From a bacterium (GTDB lineage: Bacteria; UBA8248), in NCBI GenBank assembly GCA_965213625.1, contig CBDBZU010000004.1:3520001-3584000 (forward strand): DNA of 64,000 nt, written 5' to 3'. This document shows, piece after piece, positions 28,432 through 36,962 of this stretch. The notes below the pieces were generated by a model. The model was not told the DNA's origin. It did not search any database and was given only the letters and a program-made list of their open reading frames with translations. The stretch's first letter is position 1, and each line of letters starts with the position of its first letter. Position numbers and translations under genes: made by a program.

Positions 28432-29307
28432 TTATTTCGATGCGGAATTCACCAGATATATACCGGCCGATATCAAAACCGCGCCGCCGAGCATGAGCTG
28501 CGTGAGGGGTTCGGCGAGCAGCAGGGCGCCCGTCAGGACCCCGAACACGGGTGTCAGGAACATGAAAACGCCCACGCGGCTCGCCGGGTAGTCCGTCAGC
28601 AGCCAAAGCCAGGGGATCATGGCCAGCCCCGTGCCGATGAGGCCGCTGTAGCCCACGCCCGTAAGGACGTTTGTATCGGTGAGGTCGGGCCAGGCCTCGC
28701 CCAGAAACGAGGCGACGATAAAGAACGGGATCACGGCCAGAAGCTGCGTCCAGGCGGTGATTCTGAAGGCGTCGAAGCTCCTGAGCCTCATCTTCAAGAA
28801 TATCGACTGCACCGCCCATACCACGGCCGCCAGGACGACGACGGCGTCCCCGTACCAGGTGGAGCCGCCCGCCGAGGAGAGCCTGTCGCCGAAGAGTAAC
28901 ACCATGCCCAGGCTCGCGGCGATGAAGCCTGAAACCGCGCGTACGCCCACTCTCTCGTGGGGGAGAATCCACGCCGCCAGCGCCGTCAGCAACAAGGGCT
29001 GGGAGTAGAGGAACAGCGAGGCGCGCCCGGCTGTGGTGTTGTCCACGCCGTGATAATAGGTGATGAACATCAAGTTGTGCAGGCAGGCGTTGATCCAGAA
29101 ATCGCGACTCTCCCCCCTCCAGCTTGGGCGCGGCGGCAAAACCGGCATTTTTCGAATGAGCATGATCAAAATAACGCTCGACGCCGAAATGATGCCCCTC
29201 AGCCATAAAAACGTGAAAGGCTCCACGCCGCGCAGACCTATCTTAGCCGCGGGAAAGCTCAGGCCCCACAGAAAGGTGACGGTGAAAATCAAAACGAAAA
29301 ATCGCAA
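28432..29307 (-). CDS. EamA/DMT-family transporter
   Basis: About 10 TM helices in two EamA repeats (LWGLSF, LTPVFG..LLAEPL). Confidence 0.88.
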   Translation of the reverse strand: MRFFVLIFTVTFLWGLSFPAAKIGLRGVEPFTFLWLRGIISASSVILIMLIRKMPVLPPRPSWRGESRDFWINACLHNLMFITYYHGVDNTTAGRASLFLYSQPLLLTALAAWILPHERVGVRAVSGFIAASLGMVLLFGDRLSSAGGSTWYGDAVVVLAAVVWAVQSIFLKMRLRSFDAFRITAWTQLLAVIPFFIVASFLGEAWPDLTDTNVLTGVGYSGLIGTGLAMIPWLWLLTDYPASRVGVFMFLTPVFGVLTGALLLAEPLTQLMLGGAVLISAGIYLVNSASK

Positions 29308-29383
29308 TTCCTGCCTATCCTTTCAGCGAATCCGCACAATTTCAGGAATCACACGGCGGGTGAAATCCGGGGAAAGCACATCT

Positions 29384-30004
29384 TCAGCTATCGGACTCAT
29401 TTTTCTTGGGAAACGGCTCCAAATCTTTCAAATCTACTTTCTGCTCGAGTTCGTCGTGGCAGGCGTCACAACGCGGCTGCGCCGTGGCCGCCACCATGAA
29501 CCCTTTTTCCCTCTCCCCACCGAGGCGGTGGCCGTTGTGGCACTGTACGCAGCCCGCCTTGAGCTCCGCGTGGTCCGAGATGGCGTGAAACGCGTCGTCG
29601 GCCAGCTCCAGGAGACGCTCCTCGTCGTGACACTTCACGCAGTCCTTATCGAGAATGGGGTGGAAAACGCGCGAGGGCTGTTCATAATCACCAATAATGA
29701 ACTTGTAGAGGTCCTTGTTCGCGAGAATCGTCGTGCGGATCATCCCCGTAATGCCCTCTTCCCCATGACAGGATATGCACCTCACCTCGCCAGCACTCTT
29801 ATGCCACCCGCCCAGCGTCTTGACCTTGTTCTTGGCGCGTGCGCCATCGTCGAGATAATCCTGGTGATCCTGAAGATGGCAGACCGTACAAAACGGATCG
29901 TAGGACTCCACTGCTCGTATCCCGTAAAGACTGCCGACCCCGAGCAAAGGGGACAGTAAGACGAGCAGAATCAACCACCACCATCGTCTCCGGGAGCTTC
30001 GCAT
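29384..30004 (-). CDS. Membrane-anchored pentaheme cytochrome c (NapC/NirT-like)
   Basis: N-terminal TM helix; heme motifs CTVCH, CISCH, CVKCH, CVQCH and CDACH. Confidence 0.85.
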   Translation of the reverse strand: MRSSRRRWWWLILLVLLSPLLGVGSLYGIRAVESYDPFCTVCHLQDHQDYLDDGARAKNKVKTLGGWHKSAGEVRCISCHGEEGITGMIRTTILANKDLYKFIIGDYEQPSRVFHPILDKDCVKCHDEERLLELADDAFHAISDHAELKAGCVQCHNGHRLGGEREKGFMVAATAQPRCDACHDELEQKVDLKDLEPFPKKNESDS

Positions 30005-30141
30005 TCAGGTTCTCCTCGGCGCAAGCATGGCGCAACCTGCACCCTGCGTTCGGCAGGATAAAATAACCGCCACAGATTCTTTCTCTTCCTCATTATAGCG
30101 CGATTTGCTAGGATGGTTCTCAGTGATGGGAGGTTGATTAG

Positions 30142-30504
30142 ATGGCCAGAACAAGATTCAGCGCGAACAGACGCCGCCCGGGGAGAAGAAGCGCTCCCAA
30201 GCCGGCCACCCCTACCGGAGAAAGCGCAAAACAGATAGCCGCGCGCCTGAAGTCCTCGGCGAGCATAGGGAAGAGCGCGCAGGATTACAGGCGCAAGTCG
30301 CTCGATATTCACGGCTGGTTCTGCGCGAAATGCGGTCGGGATTTCGATGAAAACAACCTCCACATCCTGACGGTCCACCACCGGGACGGCGACCACAAGA
30401 ACAATCCGCCCGACGGCAGTAACTGGGAGAATCTGTGCGTGGATTGCCATGAGGACGAACACTCCCGTGACATGCTGGGTCGCTATCTGAGCGATGACCG
30501 TTAA
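30142..30504 (+). CDS. yajD: YajD-family HNH nuclease
   Basis: CAKCGRDF...LTVHHRDGDHKNNPPDGSNWENLCVDCH. Confidence 0.85.
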   Translation: MARTRFSANRRRPGRRSAPKPATPTGESAKQIAARLKSSASIGKSAQDYRRKSLDIHGWFCAKCGRDFDENNLHILTVHHRDGDHKNNPPDGSNWENLCVDCHEDEHSRDMLGRYLSDDR

Positions 30505-30531
30505 AATCCTCGATCAAACACGTTCAACGTC

Positions 30532-31821
30532 ATGATACTTTCGGTCAAACCATCCATCGCCAAAGGGACCACTGGTGTTCCCGGTTCGAAATCCCACTCC
30601 ATCCGCGCCGTCGCATTCGCATCCCTGGCGTCAGGAAAAAGCGCGATTCTAAACCCCCTCGATTCTGCGGACGGCCTCTCCGCGGCGAGCGTCTACGGCA
30701 ACTTCGGCGCCGAGATCCACAAGGAGAAAGAGCTCTGGGCGGTGCATGGATTCGGCGCTCGACCCAATGCCCCACAAGGGGTCCTCAACGTGGGAAATTC
30801 GGGGACTACCTGCCGGATGGCGCTCGGCACCGCCGCCCTCATGCGGGAGGGCGAAGCGCGCTTCGACGGCGATTCCCAGACCAGAAAACGGCCGATGGGG
30901 CCGCTGCTAGATGCGCTCTCGAATCTGGGCGCAACGGCGCAATCGAGTAATAACGGAAATCTGCCCGTCACGGTAGGCGGCCCTTGGCGCGGCGGCAGGA
31001 CGAAAGTCGACGGCACGACCAGCCAGTTCACGTCCTCCCTGCTCTTGAACGCGCCTTTCGGCGAGGAGACGACCACAATCGAGCCGATAGAACTGAACGA
31101 GCGTCCCTACGTAGAGATGACGCTGTGGTGGCTGGATCGCCTGGGACTAAAATACGAGCGCGATGAATACCGCAGCTTTACCGTTCCGGGCGGACAGGCG
31201 CTCTCGGGATTCGAAGTAACAGTACCCGCCGATTGGAGTTCCGCCGCTTTTCTGGTGGCCGCAGGCGCGCTGCCGGGCGGCGACGTGACGCTCGAGGGTC
31301 TGGACCTCGACGACTCGCAGGGCGACAAGGAAATTCTCCAGTTCGCCGAAGCCATGGGGGCCGAGGTTTTCGTATCCGAGGAAAACATCCGAATCCGCTC
31401 AAAGGCGCTGCGCGGAGGAGAATTCGACTTGAACGCCACACCCGACCTGCTTCCCGTCATGGCCGTGCTCGCCGCGTTCGCAGACGGGGAGACCAGGCTC
31501 GTCAACACGCCCCAGGCTCGCATCAAGGAGACCGATAGAATCGCCGCCATGCGCGAAGTCATCGAAACGCTGGGCGGCCAAGCGAGCGAACTGGCGGACG
31601 GTATCATCATCCAGGGCGGCGGACTCAAAGGCGGAGCCGTTCACGGTTTTGGCGATCACCGCATCGTCATGTCCGCCGCCATTGCCGGACTCGCCGCGTC
31701 AGAGGGGGTATCGGTCGACACGGCGGAGGCGATGGCGGTAACATTCCCTAATTTTTGCGAACGCATGGCGTCAATTGGCGCGGACATGGAAACGAGGGAT
31801 TCACCCGATGCCGATATATGA
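30532..31821 (+). CDS. aroA: 3-phosphoshikimate 1-carboxyvinyltransferase
   Basis: PGSKSHS, GNSGTT, RPM, SQFTSSLL, RIKETDRI and DHRIVM. Confidence 0.96.
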   Translation: MILSVKPSIAKGTTGVPGSKSHSIRAVAFASLASGKSAILNPLDSADGLSAASVYGNFGAEIHKEKELWAVHGFGARPNAPQGVLNVGNSGTTCRMALGTAALMREGEARFDGDSQTRKRPMGPLLDALSNLGATAQSSNNGNLPVTVGGPWRGGRTKVDGTTSQFTSSLLLNAPFGEETTTIEPIELNERPYVEMTLWWLDRLGLKYERDEYRSFTVPGGQALSGFEVTVPADWSSAAFLVAAGALPGGDVTLEGLDLDDSQGDKEILQFAEAMGAEVFVSEENIRIRSKALRGGEFDLNATPDLLPVMAVLAAFADGETRLVNTPQARIKETDRIAAMREVIETLGGQASELADGIIIQGGGLKGGAVHGFGDHRIVMSAAIAGLAASEGVSVDTAEAMAVTFPNFCERMASIGADMETRDSPDADI

Positions 31822-32140
31822 ATACGAATGCAGGGAGTGCGGCTTCATCTCCGGCCACCTGGTCATGAAGCCTTCAGACAGGAGAAAACTCACCTGCCGC
31901 TCCTGCGGGAATAAAAAACTGAGAAAAATAATGTCGCGCTTCTCCTCGCATCAGACCGAAGCACAGCGACTCGATTCCTTCGATCCCTCGAAGCCGCAGG
32001 ATGGCTCTTTCTACAAGGACGATCGCAACATCGGGCTCTGGGCCCAGAAACGCGCCCAGCAGTTGGGCGTCGATTTGGGTGATTCATTCGGTGAAACCCT
32101 AGAAAAGGGCCGCTCCAAAAAAATTCTCGACAATCTGTGA
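31808..32140 (+). CDS. FmdB-family zinc ribbon protein
   Basis: MPIYEYECRECG...CRSCG...KIMS. Confidence 0.85.
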   Translation: MPIYEYECRECGFISGHLVMKPSDRRKLTCRSCGNKKLRKIMSRFSSHQTEAQRLDSFDPSKPQDGSFYKDDRNIGLWAQKRAQQLGVDLGDSFGETLEKGRSKKILDNL

Positions 32141-32147
32141 GGCTACG

Positions 32148-32828
32148 TTGAACCCTGAAACGAGGATGAGCGAAACGCTACGCGCCGAGGTGGAGCCGCT
32201 TTGGGAAAAAATTCACGCGCACCCCTTCGTCCGCGGCATCGGGGACGGCACACTGCCGCTGGAGCAGTTTCGTTTCTACATGTGTCAGGACTACATTTTT
32301 TTGAAGGAATACAGCCGCGTTATCGCCCTGGCCGTCGTGAAGGCCCCCGACCTGGCAGAGATGGGACGTATCGCCGATCTTTTGAACGCCACGCTGAACA
32401 CCGAGATGGAACTCCACAGGGGCTTTGCAGCGAAATTCGGAATCTCGAATGATGAAATCGAAGCGACGAAGCCCGCGCCCACATGCAAGGGATACACCGA
32501 TTTCCTGCTGGAGGCGGCCTATTCGGGCACGTTTGGAGAGATAGCCGCCGCCATGCTCCCCTGCCAGTGGGATTACGCCATCATCGGTGAATTGCTCGCC
32601 GCCAGAGGCATCCCCGAGAACGCGCCGCTCCATGCCGAGTGGATAGAGACTTACGCGTCTGAAGAGTTCGCGCAACTGGCCCGCTGGCTGCGCGATATGT
32701 TCGACGAGGCCGCGTCGACGGCGGGCCCCGCCGAGCGCGAGCGCATGCGCGCGCATTTTCTGATGGGCACGCGATATGAATACCTCTTCTGGGATATGAG
32801 CTGGAAGATGGAGGAATGGCCCCTGTAG
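32148..32828 (+). CDS. tenA: Thiaminase II / TenA
   Basis: HPFVRGIGDGTL, YMCQDYIFL, catalytic Cys in LPCQWDY, WIETY and EYLFW. Confidence 0.92.
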   Translation: MNPETRMSETLRAEVEPLWEKIHAHPFVRGIGDGTLPLEQFRFYMCQDYIFLKEYSRVIALAVVKAPDLAEMGRIADLLNATLNTEMELHRGFAAKFGISNDEIEATKPAPTCKGYTDFLLEAAYSGTFGEIAAAMLPCQWDYAIIGELLAARGIPENAPLHAEWIETYASEEFAQLARWLRDMFDEAASTAGPAERERMRAHFLMGTRYEYLFWDMSWKMEEWPL

Positions 32829-32855
32829 CCCCAAGCCCGCCTGTCGAGAGAATAT

Positions 32856-33389
32856 ATGTCCCCCAGAACGCGAAAAGACCTCCCCAATCCGACAAGATGC
32901 ACGTGGGCCGAGGGCGACCCGGTGATGGAGAAATACCACGACGAGGAATGGGGATTTCCCGTCCGTACAACCCGTAAACACTTTGAACAATTGACTTTAG
33001 AGATATTTCAGGCGGGCCTCTCCTGGCGCACGATACTCCACAAACGAGAGGCGTTCAGGGAAGAATTCATGCGCTTCTCGCCCGAAAAAGTCGCTTGTTT
33101 CACCGAGAAGGACATCGAGCGCATTCTCGGGAATCCGGGCGTCGTGCGGAATCGCAAGAAGATCGAGGCCACCATCGAGAACGCCGGGAGATTCCTCGCC
33201 ATCAAGAAGAAACACGGCTCGTTCAACCGCTATCTCGCCTCGCTGCCGGACGATCTGCCCTCGCTGCAAAAGATATTCCGCGCGGAATTCACCTTCATGG
33301 GTCCCAAGATCGCCGAAGCTTATCTCGAGAGCGTCGGCAAGATACCCACACCCCACGATCCACACTGCTGGCGCGCGAACAAACAATAA
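32856..33389 (+). CDS. tag: DNA-3-methyladenine glycosylase I
   Basis: RCTW, YHDEEWG, FQAGLSWRTILHKR, VRNRKKIEATIENA and the HxxxC Zn site. Confidence 0.93.
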   Translation: MSPRTRKDLPNPTRCTWAEGDPVMEKYHDEEWGFPVRTTRKHFEQLTLEIFQAGLSWRTILHKREAFREEFMRFSPEKVACFTEKDIERILGNPGVVRNRKKIEATIENAGRFLAIKKKHGSFNRYLASLPDDLPSLQKIFRAEFTFMGPKIAEAYLESVGKIPTPHDPHCWRANKQ

Positions 33390-33480
33390 TAGTCTTTAAA
33401 TATCAGTAAGTTGAATTCGATATGTAATGTGTTTTCTCATAACTGCCCAGCCCTTCGTTCCGCTGTTTTGTCTTCACGAT

Positions 33481-33719
33481 AACCCCGTGTGATCATCACC
33501 GGTTCCTCCAGTTCCGCACACCTGCGGCCCGCGAGACTCACGAATCCGGTGGAATCTCACCCCCGCAACTCCCCGCATTTGCCGTTTTCGAGAAGGTCGC
33601 GGGCCATGGCAGAATTCCCCTGCGTCGCGGTTCCGCGGCGTCATTTCTGAACAATTTAATTTGTTGGATATTTATCGAAAAACCCCGTGAATTTATCGGT
33701 ATTTATCGATATTTTCAGA
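33481..33719 (-). ncRNA. Unidentified structured non-coding element, copy 2 (inverted)
   Basis: Diverged reverse-complement copy of 28108-28346, located between convergent genes. Confidence 0.55.
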
Positions 33720-34018
33720 TATTATTATTTGTATTTATTTCGATTTCCGCCCCGCCCCGGAGCGGCCATTCTTCACCTGCGAGCAGCACCCGTTTCCCCC
33801 CCCTGAAAACCGAGGGCCTGCGGGCGGCCTTCCTATCGTACCCCGTCGCCCCGAAATGCAGGTGACGGCAATTGCCGGGAAATGCGCGTCCCCCGCTCCA
33901 GCGAGGGGCACGACGACTTCGCCTGCGCGCCTTGCGTCACCGGCGATGCGGAGCGGGTTCATCCGGCTTCATGATTGCAGCCGGAGCCAATCGGCACGCC
34001 GCGCGCCTCCCCTGCTCC

Positions 34019-34966
34019 CTACTCAGGCGCCGCCTCGCGCTTCGGCGCTTTAAGCGGCAGCCCCAGCACGCGGGCCGGGTTCTTGTGCAGCATCGTCTCT
34101 ATCTCGCGAGGCTTGATGCCGTTCTCGAGCATGAGCTGTACGAACACGCGCAGGCCCTCCCAGGGAGGTGCGTTGTGGAGCTGGCCCAGGTCGGTGGAAA
34201 GAATCGTCCTGGCCGCGCCCACGGCCTTCACCATCTTCGCCTGCTCCTTCACGGAGATGGGCGGCGCGTTCTCATCCGTCGGGTACGCGCCCCAGTGGGT
34301 GAAGCAGAATATCGCCAGGTGCTCGATGTAGGCCCCCATCTTGGCGAATTCCACCTGCTCCTCGATGGACGCGTCCACGATGTACTCGGGGTGCTGCACG
34401 ATGATGTGCTTCACCCCCTCTTCTTTCGCGAGGGGGATCAGGGCGCGCACCTCCTCCACGTCCAGGTGCCCCGTGCTCAGGCAGATTCCCGCGTCGGCGA
34501 TGAGCTTGCAGATGGTCTTGACCTCAGGGAGTATCTTGGTGCGTTTCGCATCGGAGAAGATGGTGAGACCCTCTTCTTTCAGCTTCACGCCGCTTGTCTG
34601 CTTCATGCCCGGGAAATGCGGCGCGCCCAGTTTTTCCAGGTGGTTCAGCGAGCTGATGGTGGGCATCCAGACCATCTTCGCCCCCATCTTGATGGCGGTG
34701 TCCACCGCGAAGGGGTTGAACCCGCCCACCGGGCTGTTGAGCGCGATGCCCCCGTATATCTCGATGGCGTCGCCCATCACCTCGCGCACGATGGGGATGC
34801 GGCCCGACGTATCGCCGTGATGAATCTTGAACACCACGCCGCGCATGCCCACCGATGCCGCACCGCGCGCGCACTCGATGTGGTCGCAGACGCGCGGGAA
34901 CAGGCTGGGCGATGCGTGGATGTGGGTGTCGATTGCGCCGTGGAGCAGCCTCTGGTCTTCTCTCAT
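34019..34966 (-). CDS. Amidohydrolase-like TIM-barrel protein (DUF6282-like)
   Basis: IDTHIHASP, VWMPT, STGH, LSTDLGQ and NPARVLG. Confidence 0.75.
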   Translation of the reverse strand: MREDQRLLHGAIDTHIHASPSLFPRVCDHIECARGAASVGMRGVVFKIHHGDTSGRIPIVREVMGDAIEIYGGIALNSPVGGFNPFAVDTAIKMGAKMVWMPTISSLNHLEKLGAPHFPGMKQTSGVKLKEEGLTIFSDAKRTKILPEVKTICKLIADAGICLSTGHLDVEEVRALIPLAKEEGVKHIIVQHPEYIVDASIEEQVEFAKMGAYIEHLAIFCFTHWGAYPTDENAPPISVKEQAKMVKAVGAARTILSTDLGQLHNAPPWEGLRVFVQLMLENGIKPREIETMLHKNPARVLGLPLKAPKREAAPE

Positions 34967-35166
34967 GCCGTTCCTTTCCGGTTTTGTGTGGTAACGGATT
35001 CCTGGTTATGAAAGCTACAGAATCGCCGCCGTTCGGGCAACGCGGCTTGGCTTTTCAGCCGACCGCCCTTGCGGCTATAGTGTCCGCCGTCCCCATTTGG
35101 AATGAACGAGCACAGGACAGCGATGTAAATTTACATAAAACAAATGTGTGAAAGGAGTGAAGCAGC

Positions 35167-35976
35167 ATGAAAATCGGTTATGTGGTTGCAACACCCGACG
35201 TGACGACCCCCTTGATGCCCGCGGTGCGCGGCGCGTTCCGGGACAATCTCATGTTTCTGAAAAACCTTGGCTTCGACGGCGTGGAACTCGCGACGCGCGA
35301 CACCGGCGCTTTCGATAAGGACGAGCTGCGCCGCACGCTTGAGGAAACGGGCCTGGAACCCTCCCTCATCGGCACGGCGCCGATCTCCTACCAGGACGAG
35401 ATCGAAATCTGCCATCCCGAGGCGGACGTTCGCGCCAAGGCGCTGGAGCGCCTGTTCGGCCACATCGACTTTGCGGGCGAGTTGGGCTGTCCGGTGAACA
35501 TAGGCCGCTTCCGGGGGAATTTCCTGGAAGACGAAAGGAGAGCGGCGTCCGAAGCCTGGATGTGGGATGGATTGCGCGCGGGTGCTGACAGGGCCGGTGA
35601 GCGCGGCATCAAAATGCTCTTCGAGCCGCACCACCGCTTCAACACGAATTTCGTGCGCTCCACAAGAGAGGGCCTGGAGTTTCTGGACGAGATGAACCAC
35701 GAGGCGGTGGGTTTCCTCATCGACAGCTTCCACATGAACATCGAGGACGCCTCTTTCTCAGGCGCAATCCGCGAGGCGGGCGACAGGATCGATTACTTCC
35801 ACATCGCCGACAACATGCGCACCTACCCGGGTTCGGGCCACATTCCATTCGATGAGATTATCGGCGCGCTCAAGGAAGTCGGCTATGCGGGCTATCTCTC
35901 GGCCCAGCTCGCCCAGAAGCCCGACTTCGAGACGGCGTCGACAAAGACGATTGAATATCTAAAGGCCCGCTTGTGA
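35167..35976 (+). CDS. Sugar phosphate isomerase/epimerase (xylose-isomerase-like TIM barrel)
   Basis: GFDGVE, FEP, DSFHMNIE, HIADN and PGSGHIPF. Confidence 0.85.
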   Translation: MKIGYVVATPDVTTPLMPAVRGAFRDNLMFLKNLGFDGVELATRDTGAFDKDELRRTLEETGLEPSLIGTAPISYQDEIEICHPEADVRAKALERLFGHIDFAGELGCPVNIGRFRGNFLEDERRAASEAWMWDGLRAGADRAGERGIKMLFEPHHRFNTNFVRSTREGLEFLDEMNHEAVGFLIDSFHMNIEDASFSGAIREAGDRIDYFHIADNMRTYPGSGHIPFDEIIGALKEVGYAGYLSAQLAQKPDFETASTKTIEYLKARL

Positions 35977-36001
35977 TGCTTGGTCTATCGGAGATGAAAC
36001 G

Positions 36002-36766
36002 GTGATAAATCAATTCAGGATGGACGGCCGCGTCGCCCTCGTGACGGGCGGCACCTCGGGCATCGGACTGGCGATTGCGAAGGCGCTCGCGGATGCAGGC
36101 GCCAGTGTCGTGGTCGCGGGCCGCTCTCAGGAGCGCGGCGATGAAGCGCTCGAAGCCTTCCGGGCGGATGGTCTAAGCGCGCAGTTTCTCGCCTGCGACG
36201 TCGGGGACGCAGACTCGGTTTCCACTCTCATAGGAGAGGTGGCTTCGAGCCACGGGGGCCTTCACGTCCTGGTGAACAGCGCCGCTATCAACATCGTAAA
36301 GCCAGCGCTCGACCACGCGCCCGAAGACGTGGACGCGCTCCTGGCCTCGAACGTGCGCGGCGCGTTTCTGTGCGCGCAAACAGCGGCCAAAGTGATGGTC
36401 GATCAAGGCAGCGGAAAAATCGTTCTCCTGACCTCCATGGTGGCCGAGCGCGCCGTACCGAACCAGGCCGTCTACGTCGCCACCAAGGGCGCGGTCGTCT
36501 CCCTGACGCGCGCGCTGGCGCTCGAATGGGCGCCGCACGGCATCCAGGTGAACGCCCTGGGACCGCAACTCACCAAAACGCCGATGACGGGGGGGTTGTT
36601 CGCCAATCCCGAGAAGATGGCGGAAGTCCACGCGCGAACGCCTGCTGGACGCGTGGGCGCGCCTGAGGATTTGACGGGAGCGGCGCTCTTCCTCTGCTCC
36701 TCGGCTTCCGATTACCTAACCGGACAGCACATCATCGTGGACGGCGGCCGCGGCGCCGCGGGGTGA
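36002..36766 (+). CDS. Short-chain dehydrogenase/reductase
   Basis: TGGTSGIG, VNSA, YVATK and TGQHIIVDGG. Confidence 0.92.
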   Translation: MINQFRMDGRVALVTGGTSGIGLAIAKALADAGASVVVAGRSQERGDEALEAFRADGLSAQFLACDVGDADSVSTLIGEVASSHGGLHVLVNSAAINIVKPALDHAPEDVDALLASNVRGAFLCAQTAAKVMVDQGSGKIVLLTSMVAERAVPNQAVYVATKGAVVSLTRALALEWAPHGIQVNALGPQLTKTPMTGGLFANPEKMAEVHARTPAGRVGAPEDLTGAALFLCSSASDYLTGQHIIVDGGRGAAG

Positions 36767-36769
36767 ATT

Positions 36770-36930
36770 TCATACTCCCCCTTCCCTTCGGGAAGCGTGA
36801 AAAAAGCCCCCCTGACAAGGGGGGTTGGGGGGTTTACGGCAAGGAGGGGTGATGCCGCACGGAAATTCGTAGCCCCCGCGCCTGTCCTCCATGCTGCATC
36901 CTGACAAAGGACAACCACGGGGGGCACAAT
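36770..36930. repeat. Cluster of REP-like palindromes
   Basis: CCCCCCTGACAAGGGGGGTTGGGGGG. GCCCCCGCGCCTGTCCT recurs almost exactly (GCCCCCGTGCCTGTCCT) near 38846. Confidence 0.6.
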
Positions 36931-36962
36931 CAACGAGAAAAGAAGTTCACTCCCCCCTTGAG

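Noticed and set aside
31822-32166. TPP riboswitch upstream of tenA
   Set aside because: There is no intergenic space and no TPP aptamer signature; tenA directly follows the zinc-ribbon gene.
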